Below, in pieces: positions 37,578-45,112 of a stretch of 64,000 nt of DNA (the stretch's first letter is position 1; the number at the start of each line of letters is the position of its first letter). The position numbers were made by a program, and so were the translations under genes. The DNA is from a virus, in the IMG/VR virus record IMGVR_UViG_3300020180_000014, positions 1 to 64,000 of that record. One strand, written 5' to 3'. Under the pieces are notes generated by a model. It was not told the DNA's origin. It made no database searches and worked only from the letters and a program-made list of their open reading frames with translations.

Positions 37578-38314
37578 CAACACCACCCCGCTACTACCTC
37601 GACACTGAGTTCATCGACGACGGCGTGACCGAGACGTTGCAGCTGATCTCGATCGGTATCATCTGCGACGACGGCCGCGAGCTGTACCTCGTCAACAGTG
37701 AGTTCGACGAGAGCCGCTGCGACGACTGGCTCAAGGAGAACGTCCTCAAGCAGCTACCGCTGTGCACGTGTCCGGGCGGGGGCGCGTTGGATCATCTCGG
37801 CCACAACGCGCCGGACTGCAAGTGGCGTACGCGCAATCAGATCCGGGATGCGATCATCGCGTTCGTTCCCGATCCCGGCAACGAAGTGAAGCCCGAGTTC
37901 TGGGCGTTCTTCGCGAGCTACGACTGGGTACTGTTCGCACAGCTGTTCGGCAAGATGATCAACTTGCCGAAGCACTTCCCGTGGCTCGTCAACGACCTCA
38001 AGACGTGGGCCAAGCACCTGGGCTACACCGGCAAGTTCAAGGAGCTGTTGCCGAACACCGGTCATCATGATGCTCTCGCGGATGCGCGCTGGAACCGCGA
38101 CGTGCACAAGATCCTGATGGAGAAGCTCACGTCCACGCAGAAGCTGTTGGGGACGACACTCGTCGAAGCGATGGCGCTCTACGACGAGAAGTGCACCGGT
38201 TGCAACCTGCAGACGTCCTGCGAATGTCCGAGCAGTGGACACGGCGCAGACTGCCGTCGCGATCGTGAAGCGGCCGTGCGCAAGGTCATAACCGATCTGG
38301 GGCTGACGTCGTGA
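37574..38314 (+). CDS. DEDD 3'-5' exoribonuclease (Rv2179c-like)
   Basis: YYLDTEF, LISIG, ASYDW, HDALADARW. Confidence 0.85.
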   Translation: MTTPPRYYLDTEFIDDGVTETLQLISIGIICDDGRELYLVNSEFDESRCDDWLKENVLKQLPLCTCPGGGALDHLGHNAPDCKWRTRNQIRDAIIAFVPDPGNEVKPEFWAFFASYDWVLFAQLFGKMINLPKHFPWLVNDLKTWAKHLGYTGKFKELLPNTGHHDALADARWNRDVHKILMEKLTSTQKLLGTTLVEAMALYDEKCTGCNLQTSCECPSSGHGADCRRDREAAVRKVITDLGLTS

Positions 38315-38589
38315 ATCCGGTCATCGAGAAGCTCATGCCAGATGCACGCGATACGTACTGCACGGGCGCATTGTTCAAGTACGTCCAGCACAAGTACAAC
38401 TGCGACTGGCTGCAGCCGATGTGGCACAAGGGTCCGTGCGACTGCGGACTCAAGGAGTTGATCCAGCAACTGCCTGAAGGTTTGCTGCGAATCCTCGTCG
38501 AAGCGAGCGAACACGTGCGCGCGACCGTCGAGGGTATCAAGCAGGACAAGGAACGCGACGAGCGAGAAGCCACGGAGAAAGCACCATGA
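38311..38589 (+). CDS. hypothetical protein (H-x-x-x-C...CDCG)
   Basis: coupled ORF. Confidence 0.6.
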   Translation: MNPVIEKLMPDARDTYCTGALFKYVQHKYNCDWLQPMWHKGPCDCGLKELIQQLPEGLLRILVEASEHVRATVEGIKQDKERDEREATEKAP

Positions 38590-38990
38590 TGGAGACCGGA
38601 GTCGTCGTCAGCATTCACCACGAGCCCATCTTCTGGCACGAACCCGGTGGACGTTCGAGCGGCGCGTTGCCGGATAGTCGCATGCTGTGGGACGTGTTGT
38701 GGCAGGCGAACCGCGACGGTTGGCTTTCGGGTTTCGCGCACACGCATCCAGGTGGCGGTCTGCCGGGTCCATCGCGCGAGGACATCTCGTCGTTCGTCGC
38801 GATCGAGAACGCGATCGGTCGGCCGCTCAACTGGTGGATCGTCAGCTCGGACATGACCGTGCTCGTGCGCAAGTCGACGATGGACAGCATACCGGGTCGC
38901 GAGATTTTCGGTACGACACGCATCGACGATCCTGTGTGGACGCCGGATCTGCGTCGTCGCTCGGGCATGGGCCGGACGCCGTATCGCTGA
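38586..38990 (+). CDS. JAB/MPN+ (JAMM) metalloprotease
   Basis: N-terminal E plus HTHP-x5-PSREDI (HxHx7Sx2D). Confidence 0.85.
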   Translation: MMETGVVVSIHHEPIFWHEPGGRSSGALPDSRMLWDVLWQANRDGWLSGFAHTHPGGGLPGPSREDISSFVAIENAIGRPLNWWIVSSDMTVLVRKSTMDSIPGREIFGTTRIDDPVWTPDLRRRSGMGRTPYR

Positions 38991-39010
38991 TCCCTGCTGC
39001 GACGTAGCTC

Positions 39011-39039
39011 TTGACTTGCCGAGCCTTCGTCGTTAGGGT
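39011..39039 (+). promoter_or_regulatory. sigma70-like promoter
   Basis: TTGACT-17-TAGGGT. Confidence 0.65.
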
Positions 39040-39064
39040 CAGGGTTCATCGAGAGGACTGTGCC

Positions 39065-39508
39065 ATGGCTGATAACGAGCTGATGCGTGTGATCAAGGAC
39101 GACGAGGCCCGCGTGAACGTCACGTGGAAGAACGCGAACGGCGACCTGCCGGATCCGGTGTTCCGTGACTCGTCCGAGGGTGACGTCCGTGGTTGGGTGA
39201 CCGAGGCCGTCCGTAACGGTGGCGTGCCCGGTATCACTGCAGACCGCGATGCGAACTTCGCCGACTACATCGTGGATCGCTTCCCGCCGACGGAAGCGCG
39301 CCCGTACAACCTGATCCAGGTGCGCCCGAAGACGGCGTTCGGCGCTGACATCGAGGATGACGGTCCGAGCGACGCCGAGATCGAAGACCAAGAGATCGAA
39401 CGGCAGATCGAGGCTCAAGAAGAGGCTGCGATCGAGCAGCGTGCCGAGGATCAAGAGATCGAACGGCAGATCGAGGCTCAAGAAGAGGCCGCGATCGAAC
39501 AGGTCTAG
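39065..39508 (+). CDS. ubiquitin-like (beta-grasp) protein ending KTAFG plus acidic C-terminal extension
   Basis: ARVNVTW...GDLPDPV...helix...LIQVRPKTAFG; between JAB and E1 genes; RBS GAGG. Confidence 0.65.
   Translation: MADNELMRVIKDDEARVNVTWKNANGDLPDPVFRDSSEGDVRGWVTEAVRNGGVPGITADRDANFADYIVDRFPPTEARPYNLIQVRPKTAFGADIEDDGPSDAEIEDQEIERQIEAQEEAAIEQRAEDQEIERQIEAQEEAAIEQV
39383..39502 (+). repeat. 63-nt tandem duplication (EDQEIERQIEAQEEAAIEQ x2)
   Basis: copies start at 39383 and 39446. Confidence 0.9.
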
Positions 39509-39510
39509 TC

Positions 39511-40011
39511 GTGCTGCGCGTCGTCTCAGGTGCACTGATCCGCGACGGCTACGTGCTGATGGGTTTGCGTAAGAAGAGCGCATACCGACCTGACCTCTGG
39601 GAACTTCCCGGAGGAAAGATCGATCCGGGCGAGTCGCCGCACCAAGCGCTTGTCCGCGAGTGGAGTGAGGAGTGTGGTTGCCGCGTCGAGCCCGGCCAGT
39701 TTCTCTCGATGGCGATACTGCACGTCGACATCTCGTTCGTCATCGAGCTGTACACGATTCGGCTCGTCATGGGCACGCCGATGGCGCTCGACCATCAGGA
39801 GCTGCGTTGGGTCAATCCGTTGTACGCCGTCCAGCGGCTGCCGTGCTCGCCTGCATTCTACCTGCACTACCCGCAGCTCGTGAAACACATCGAAGCCAGC
39901 TGGTCGATGTCGACGTGCGACGTCGTCGGAGACAGCGGTTGCACGAACGATGAGTGTTCGCGTTGCCACCCTCTCGCGAAACCTGTACGGGCTCTTCACG
40001 AGTCGTGGTGA
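39511..40011 (+). CDS. Nudix hydrolase (MutT-like)
   Basis: WELPGGKIDPGESPHQALVREWSEECG. Confidence 0.9.
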   Translation: MLRVVSGALIRDGYVLMGLRKKSAYRPDLWELPGGKIDPGESPHQALVREWSEECGCRVEPGQFLSMAILHVDISFVIELYTIRLVMGTPMALDHQELRWVNPLYAVQRLPCSPAFYLHYPQLVKHIEASWSMSTCDVVGDSGCTNDECSRCHPLAKPVRALHESW

Positions 40012-40349
40012 TGCCGACCGTCGGTTGGTCCGGTATTCGTCGTGCCGTCGTATGGGCGTTCGAAGCGAAGACGCTCTGGGGCAAGCTGCTGTATGCGGTC
40101 GACGAGCGCGGTTACGACGCTGTCGATGCAATTTCGGCGGCGCTGATCGTGAAGCATCCGGCAATCGCGCGAGAGATCCGACTCACCAGTACGCTGACCG
40201 CACGCACGACGAAGTCGATGGACTTCCACTCAACGTCGGTACATGGCATCGGCTCGACGGACAATTGGCCCTGGAAGGGTCAACTTGTTGAGGTGCACTT
40301 GAACGATGATCAACGACTCGTTGCCGTGTGGTACCAGGAGAAAGGATGA
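40011..40349 (+). CDS. hypothetical protein
   Basis: TGATG coupling. Confidence 0.55.
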   Translation: MPTVGWSGIRRAVVWAFEAKTLWGKLLYAVDERGYDAVDAISAALIVKHPAIAREIRLTSTLTARTTKSMDFHSTSVHGIGSTDNWPWKGQLVEVHLNDDQRLVAVWYQEKG

Positions 40350-40546
40350 CCGTGCAGCTCAGTCTCAGTGAAGTTCAGGTCGCCGTCGCTGACTATCTTC
40401 GCAAGCGTGGCGTGGTCGTCGAGGACGCTGACCAGGTGCAGCTCGTCAACTTCAGCACGCATACCGGCTACGTCAACATTGCTCATGTCACGCCGATGGT
40501 CGTGGTCCGTGATGCCAAACTGCCGGAGGGCGGGCCGTACCGATGA
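40346..40546 (+). CDS. small hypothetical protein
   Basis: ATGA coupling, RBS AGGAG. Confidence 0.6.
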   Translation: MTVQLSLSEVQVAVADYLRKRGVVVEDADQVQLVNFSTHTGYVNIAHVTPMVVVRDAKLPEGGPYR

Positions 40547-40851
40547 TCGAGACCGTGTTCCATACCGTGGTCTGGACCGAGACACCGACGAACATCACGA
40601 TGTCGCTCGGGCTCGAAGGTGCGCTCACGACCCGTGAAGCAGCCGAACGCGTGGCGACTGCGTACCGTGAGTTTCTGCAAGCCGACTCCGACGACGGGCT
40701 CGTACAGGCGTACTTCGCGCGTGTGGGCATCCTGGAGATTTCGCGCGCACACCCACAGCTCAAGCACCCCGAACCGCGCGTGGACGTCGACGCGATCGTC
40801 GCCGAGATCGAAGCGCGAACAGCACGCAAACGCGAAAAGAGGCTCTCGTGA
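40543..40851 (+). CDS. hypothetical protein
   Basis: ATGA coupling. Confidence 0.6.
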   Translation: MIETVFHTVVWTETPTNITMSLGLEGALTTREAAERVATAYREFLQADSDDGLVQAYFARVGILEISRAHPQLKHPEPRVDVDAIVAEIEARTARKREKRLS

Positions 40852-41345
40852 GACCGGACTGGGATACGTACTTCATGATCATCGCCGACGCGGTGTCGAT
40901 GCGTGCGAGCTGCGACCGTGCGCGCGTTGGTGCGGTGATCGTCGTCGATAAGCGCATCATGTCGACCGGCTACAACGGCGCACCGAGCGGCGTGTCGTCG
41001 TGCGACGAGGTCGGCCATGACCTGGTCGACATCAACGGTCGTCAGAGCTGTGTGCGTGTCATCCACTCTGAGAAGAACGCCATCATCACGGCGGCGCGGC
41101 ACGGGGTTCGTCTGGCAGGTGCGACGCTCTACACGACCGCGAGCACGTGCCGCGACTGCTACATGGCGGCGCTGCAGACCGGCATCGTTCGGATCGTCTA
41201 CGGCTCCGAGTACATCGGCGGCAAGTCGTTCGATTTCGTTTCGGCGGCGCAAGCGAACGGCATAGAGCTGCGGCACTTACCGATCGCGGATGCGATCAAG
41301 AACTGGACGCCGCCGCCACACGCGGTCTCTGTCAAGGCGCCATGA
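40848..41345 (+). CDS. dCMP deaminase family protein
   Basis: RPDWDTYF, VGAVIV, GYNG, HSE.NAI, CRDC. Confidence 0.9.
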   Translation: MRPDWDTYFMIIADAVSMRASCDRARVGAVIVVDKRIMSTGYNGAPSGVSSCDEVGHDLVDINGRQSCVRVIHSEKNAIITAARHGVRLAGATLYTTASTCRDCYMAALQTGIVRIVYGSEYIGGKSFDFVSAAQANGIELRHLPIADAIKNWTPPPHAVSVKAP

Positions 41346-41575
41346 AGTTCGGGGCGTACCACTGCGAGCGTGGTTGGGTCGTAGACACGGGCGTGGGCGG
41401 TACGTACGCATGGGACGTGGAGCAGGCTCAGTGGCATGACAGTGTTGAAGCGGGGATCGATGAATTGGTTGCGACTGACATCGTCGATGCAGTGGATGCG
41501 TCAAGGTTCCCGGATGAACCAGCGACGGCAAAGTCTCTCGAACAGGGCGGCTGGCGATTCTTGCGATTGCTCTAG
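41342..41575 (+). CDS. small hypothetical protein
   Basis: ATGA coupling. Confidence 0.55.
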   Translation: MKFGAYHCERGWVVDTGVGGTYAWDVEQAQWHDSVEAGIDELVATDIVDAVDASRFPDEPATAKSLEQGGWRFLRLL

Positions 41576-41587
41576 GGGAAAACAACC

Positions 41588-42184
41588 ATGAAGACCGTAA
41601 CCATCGTTGGTGTCGGCGCGCTCGGCTCGCACGTCACGCAGTTTCTCCGCAACGAGGCGAACCTGCGCGTGATCGACTTCGATCGCGTCGAGGCTAAGAA
41701 CATCCTGTCGCAGTTTCATGGCAAACCGGGCGGCGGCAAGCTCAAGGTCGAGGCACTCAAGGGTGCGATGCAGTTCCTGTGGGGAACGAAGCTCGACGTG
41801 CGCAGTGCGAAGCTGGAGTCGAACAACGTGATCACGATGCTGGCGGGCAGCGACCTGATCATCGATTGTCTCGACAACGGTGCTGGCCGTCGTGTGCTTC
41901 AGGCGTACGCACGCGGTGACGTTGCACATGCACCGGGGCATCGCGAGCAGACGCCGTTGCTCCACGGCGCACTTGCTGCTGACGGTGCGTTCGGCCGTGT
42001 GATCTGGGATGAGAACTTCGTAATCGACGAGAACGACGGCGGTGCCGCGACATGCGAGGACGGCGAGCACCTGCCGTTCATCGTGATGGTGTCGAGCTTG
42101 ATCGCACAGTCCGCGAAGGTCTACCTGAAGACGGGCAAGAAGCTCGGCTGGTCGATCGCACCTACGAACATCGTCGGGGTGTAG
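41588..42184 (+). CDS. ThiF/E1-like adenylyltransferase
   Basis: GVGALGS, IDFDRVE.KN..SQ, K.KVEAL, DLIIDCLDN, C-terminal ATCE. Confidence 0.9.
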   Translation: MKTVTIVGVGALGSHVTQFLRNEANLRVIDFDRVEAKNILSQFHGKPGGGKLKVEALKGAMQFLWGTKLDVRSAKLESNNVITMLAGSDLIIDCLDNGAGRRVLQAYARGDVAHAPGHREQTPLLHGALAADGAFGRVIWDENFVIDENDGGAATCEDGEHLPFIVMVSSLIAQSAKVYLKTGKKLGWSIAPTNIVGV

Positions 42185-42196
42185 TAGGCTCGCTAC

Positions 42197-42406
42197 GTGA
42201 ATGAGATCGTGATCAGATCGACGTGGATCGTCGGTAACGGTGACTGCATCGAAGCTGGTGCGCGCAAGCTGAGTGGCAAGAAGATGAAGCCCCGCAAGAA
42301 GCGTGGCAAGCCGATCTCGCCTGCAGCACGGTTGGAGATGCAGGCGAACATCGCTGCAGCTCGCGAACGCCGTCGTTGTGGGAGCGAGATCACGCGAAGG
42401 AGCTGA
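42197..42406 (+). CDS. small basic protein
   Basis: K/R-rich ORF. Confidence 0.5.
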   Translation: MNEIVIRSTWIVGNGDCIEAGARKLSGKKMKPRKKRGKPISPAARLEMQANIAAARERRRCGSEITRRS

Positions 42407-42789
42407 TGCCGCTCCCCGCCGGTAAGCCTCGGACGTTGACAGGTCGTGTCGCCTATCGCATGGTCGACGCGCTCGAAGAAGCATTCAAGCGGGTTAACCA
42501 GGCCGACTTCGAGTACATCCTCATGCTCGGTGCAGCGCAGGCGACAAAGACAGCGCTCACGCCCGAGGACTTCGACAACGATCAGGGCATCGACGCGTTG
42601 ACAGCGATCTTCGCGATGCTGACGAAGGAACACGATCGCGACGTGATCCACGTGACGCCGGAGTGGCGACGCGTCGTGGTCTCCGCGCGGCGGTTGATGC
42701 CGCAACGAACAGGTGAACGGTTCTGGCGTTGGAAGGCGAACGGCGAGGCAAACCTGGTGCACGTCGTCGTGATCCCGGGTTTGCCATGA
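42406..42789 (+). CDS. hypothetical protein
   Basis: TGATG coupling, RBS AAGGAG. Confidence 0.6.
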   Translation: MPLPAGKPRTLTGRVAYRMVDALEEAFKRVNQADFEYILMLGAAQATKTALTPEDFDNDQGIDALTAIFAMLTKEHDRDVIHVTPEWRRVVVSARRLMPQRTGERFWRWKANGEANLVHVVVIPGLP

Positions 42790-42794
42790 ACCTC

Positions 42795-42823
42795 TTGACA
42801 AGGTCAGAACCCTTCGCTAGGGT
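42795..42823 (+). promoter_or_regulatory. sigma70 promoter driving the ncRNA array
   Basis: TTGACA-17-TAGGGT, about 8 nt upstream of RNA1. Confidence 0.8.
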
Positions 42824-42831
42824 GCTTTTCA

Positions 42832-42925
42832 GCTGGTCACCACCAGCGTCGAGCTTACAAGCGCCCGCATGGGCATCATTCCTACCATCTGGAAAGAAAC
42901 CAGCTCGACGCACTCGGTGACCGGT
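42832..42925 (+). ncRNA. Y-RNA-like RNA 1
   Basis: terminal stem GGTCACC/GGTGACC, internal loop ACCAG/CACTC, 9-bp stem CGTCGAGCT/AGCTCGACG, two inner hairpins. Confidence 0.7.
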
Positions 42926-42931
42926 CATCAC

Positions 42932-43056
42932 GAAGGATAAGGAGACTGGGTCTCCGCTTCCCTTACCCGGAAAGTTACCCTCACAGTAACAACTCGCTGC
43001 TTCGGCAGCACCCGCGACTGTGCACACGCTGGTTGGTTCGATTCCAACATCCTTCA
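42932..43056 (+). ncRNA. tRNA-like RNA 2 (acceptor stem plus T arm, enlarged body)
   Basis: GAAGGAT/ATCCTTC+A; T arm GTTGG-TTCGATT-CCAAC; AACTC-[GCTGC TTCG GCAGC]-ACCCG. Confidence 0.7.
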
Positions 43057-43092
43057 CGACGCTCTGTTTGCGACACTGACAACTGAAGACTC

Positions 43093-43224
43093 GGGGATTT
43101 ACCGCCGGTCGGTTCCGGCACTTGAATACGGATCAAGCTATCCAACAGCGGCACTCGGCGCCTTCAAAACACGCCACCAGTCGATTGTTTACAAGCCCGA
43201 GGTTCGACTCCTCAAATCCCCACC
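43093..43224 (+). ncRNA. tRNA-like RNA 3 (acceptor stem plus T arm, enlarged body)
   Basis: GGGGATTT/AAATCCCC+ACC; GAGG-TTCGACT-CCTC; CACTC-[GGCG..CGCC]-ACCAG. Confidence 0.7.
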
Positions 43225-43346
43225 GAGACCGTCACCGCATACGCGCTCACACGCAAGCTCAATTGGTAGAGCAACGGCCTTATAAGCCGTAGGATTCGGT
43301 TCAAATCCGAAGCTACACAACACAGCGCGTATCACTCGACGGTTTC
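43225..43346 (+). ncRNA. Y-RNA-like RNA 4 with tRNA core (D, anticodon UAU and T arms; no acceptor stem)
   Basis: GAGACCGTC/GACGGTTTC, loop ACCGC/CACTC, ATACGCGCT/AGCGCGTAT, enclosing tRNA arms at 43257-43311. Confidence 0.75.
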
Positions 43347-43350
43347 ACTA

Positions 43351-43405
43351 TGACCCCGAAGTCCAAGCGACACTGCATTGCAGTCTAGCCCACACGGAGG
43401 GGTCA
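43351..43405 (+). ncRNA. possible fifth small structured RNA or terminator hairpin
   Basis: TGACCCC/GGGGTCA closing stem, short T run downstream. Confidence 0.35.
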
Positions 43406-43426
43406 ACCCTTTTTCGGAGAAGTGTC

Positions 43427-43873
43427 ATGCGTACCAGCGATCCCAAGCCGTACACGGCACCGCACGAACGCATCGCAGCGCACAAGCAGTGGAACATCGA
43501 GTACAACGCACACGTCGCGGCGCTCGAAGCGGAGTACGGTGTTCCGTACGAGAAGCTGCCGATGGCGTTGAAGCACGGGGCGCCGAAGCATCCACGCCGG
43601 ACGAAGGCTCGCCGTTTCGACTACCGCGTGTATGACCGCACGTGGCGCATCCGCTCGCTCATCGAGCAGCGTCGTCGCGGTGTCGAGCGCAATGGCTGGC
43701 GCACTGAGCGTCGTACGTTCCTCGCCGACGTCGAGCGGTTCCGCCGCGCCGAGGTCGAGGTCCGCAAGCAGCGCGCTGTGAAGAAGGGCCGTGGCAAGCC
43801 GCTACCGAAGAACCACTTCGCGTCGCGGCGTAATGCCGTCGAGAAGCGTGAGTTCCGCGAGAAGAGCTGGTGA
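43427..43873 (+). CDS. basic hypothetical protein
   Basis: RBS GGAG; R/K-rich. Confidence 0.7.
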   Translation: MRTSDPKPYTAPHERIAAHKQWNIEYNAHVAALEAEYGVPYEKLPMALKHGAPKHPRRTKARRFDYRVYDRTWRIRSLIEQRRRGVERNGWRTERRTFLADVERFRRAEVEVRKQRAVKKGRGKPLPKNHFASRRNAVEKREFREKSW

Positions 43874-44069
43874 AGCGCGGAACCCGGCGGTGGCGACGCT
43901 TTCTGCGTCGCGAACCACACAACGCGAGCTGGTGCGACTCGATGTGCGATGCGCACAGCGGCCGTGGTGATCGTCGACACGCACGCGCACGCGGTGATCG
44001 TATAACGGATCACGAAATCGCATCTGGCATCGAAGTCCACGCGATCGAGCACGTCGACACCGTCATCGC

Positions 44070-44426
44070 GTGTATCGTACCGGCGTGTTGATTCAAGGTG
44101 GAATCGTCCTCTGCAAGTGCGGCGAGAACGCTGCACGCTACATCAACGAGCGTGGCGAGCTGTGCTGCGGGATCTGCCCGATCAAGCAGGGTCTTGATGC
44201 GATCAAGCTCGACGACGTGCCGCAGCTGCTCGGTTGGGCGCGTATCACGCTGGAGTACCTGCACGGGCAGCACGTACCGGCGGGCGATTCGATCCGGAAG
44301 ATGCTCGGTGAACGTGCTGCTGTCGTGTGCACGGATCTCGAATGCAACAAGAAGTGCAACTGTCACAACCGAGGCTGGGGCGGTCACAGTGAATCGATGT
44401 GCGTGCACTTGACGGCTGCGTTGTAG
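44070..44426 (+). CDS. Cys-rich hypothetical protein (start probably about 44088)
   Basis: CxC, CCxxC, CxxxCxC. Confidence 0.5.
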   Translation: MYRTGVLIQGGIVLCKCGENAARYINERGELCCGICPIKQGLDAIKLDDVPQLLGWARITLEYLHGQHVPAGDSIRKMLGERAAVVCTDLECNKKCNCHNRGWGGHSESMCVHLTAAL

Positions 44427-44453
44427 CTCTTGACTCGTGGTAGCGTCGCGCGC

Positions 44454-44966
44454 ATGGACGAGCCCACCGTCAGCATCAAGTACTCCGACTACAACAAGCT
44501 CCGTGAAGATCTGCGAACCGTGCAGAACCAGAACTACGAGCTGGAAAAGAAGCTCGCAGCGGCGGCACTCGGTGACGACACCGTCGCGAAGCTGCTCCAC
44601 AGCGCGTTCCACTCCGCGATCAAGGTCGTGCAGTTCGCCGTCGGCAACCTGGAACCCTCGACGGTGGCAGGCTGGCCGCACGCCGCACTCGTCGAGATCG
44701 CTGACGCGATCGAGAAGATCCCGGGCATCGATCAGCACGTCGCGGAGATGCCGCCCGAGCTGAAGCACTTCGCGGCGCTCGCGGCGAGCCTCGAAGAGAT
44801 GCGCAAGGAGCGCGACAAGAACAAGGTCGTCACGATGGCGACGGCGGCTGACTTCGGTCCGAAGACACCCGAGGCACAGGCAGTTCACGACGCGTACGAT
44901 GCGAAGCGCAACGCACAGAACGAAGAGTCGAAGCTGTCCGACGCCGAGTCAACCACGTTGACGTAG
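44454..44966 (+). CDS. hypothetical coiled-coil protein
   Basis: strong codon bias; TAGCGT lies 7 nt before the ATG. Confidence 0.75.
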   Translation: MDEPTVSIKYSDYNKLREDLRTVQNQNYELEKKLAAAALGDDTVAKLLHSAFHSAIKVVQFAVGNLEPSTVAGWPHAALVEIADAIEKIPGIDQHVAEMPPELKHFAALAASLEEMRKERDKNKVVTMATAADFGPKTPEAQAVHDAYDAKRNAQNEESKLSDAESTTLT

Positions 44967-44975
44967 ACGTAGGCG

Positions 44976-45100
44976 TTGACAGCGAAAACGCAGTTCGGTA
45001 CACGTAGAGGGTCGGCGGGCGTTGTAGCTCCAGCGTCCGTAGCTCTCTGCTCGACAAAGTCCCCATCAGGAAGACGGTCCCCTAGCCGCCCTGATGGGGC
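44976..45100 (+). ncRNA. possible promoter-driven small RNA or bidirectional terminator
   Basis: TTGACA-17-TACACG followed by hairpins 45016-45039 and 45061-45099. Confidence 0.4.
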
Positions 45101-45112
45101 CACACAGCTTTC

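Noticed and set aside
39383-39502. diversity-generating retroelement TR/VR pair
   Set aside because: adjacent in-frame duplication with synonymous differences; no reverse transcriptase in the window
41588-42184. thiamine or molybdopterin biosynthesis ThiF/MoeB
   Set aside because: no thi/moa pathway genes and no CxxC zinc motifs; context (JAB, Ubl, E2-like) favours conjugation, although a sulfur-transfer role is not excluded
42932-43224. tmRNA or tRNA-Sec
   Set aside because: too short for tmRNA and no tag ORF; the UCA-containing loops are not in canonical anticodon arms and no Sec-type D or variable arm geometry is evident
43248-43322. canonical tRNA-Ile(UAU) gene
   Set aside because: no pairable acceptor stem and no CCA; reported as a tRNA-like ncRNA instead
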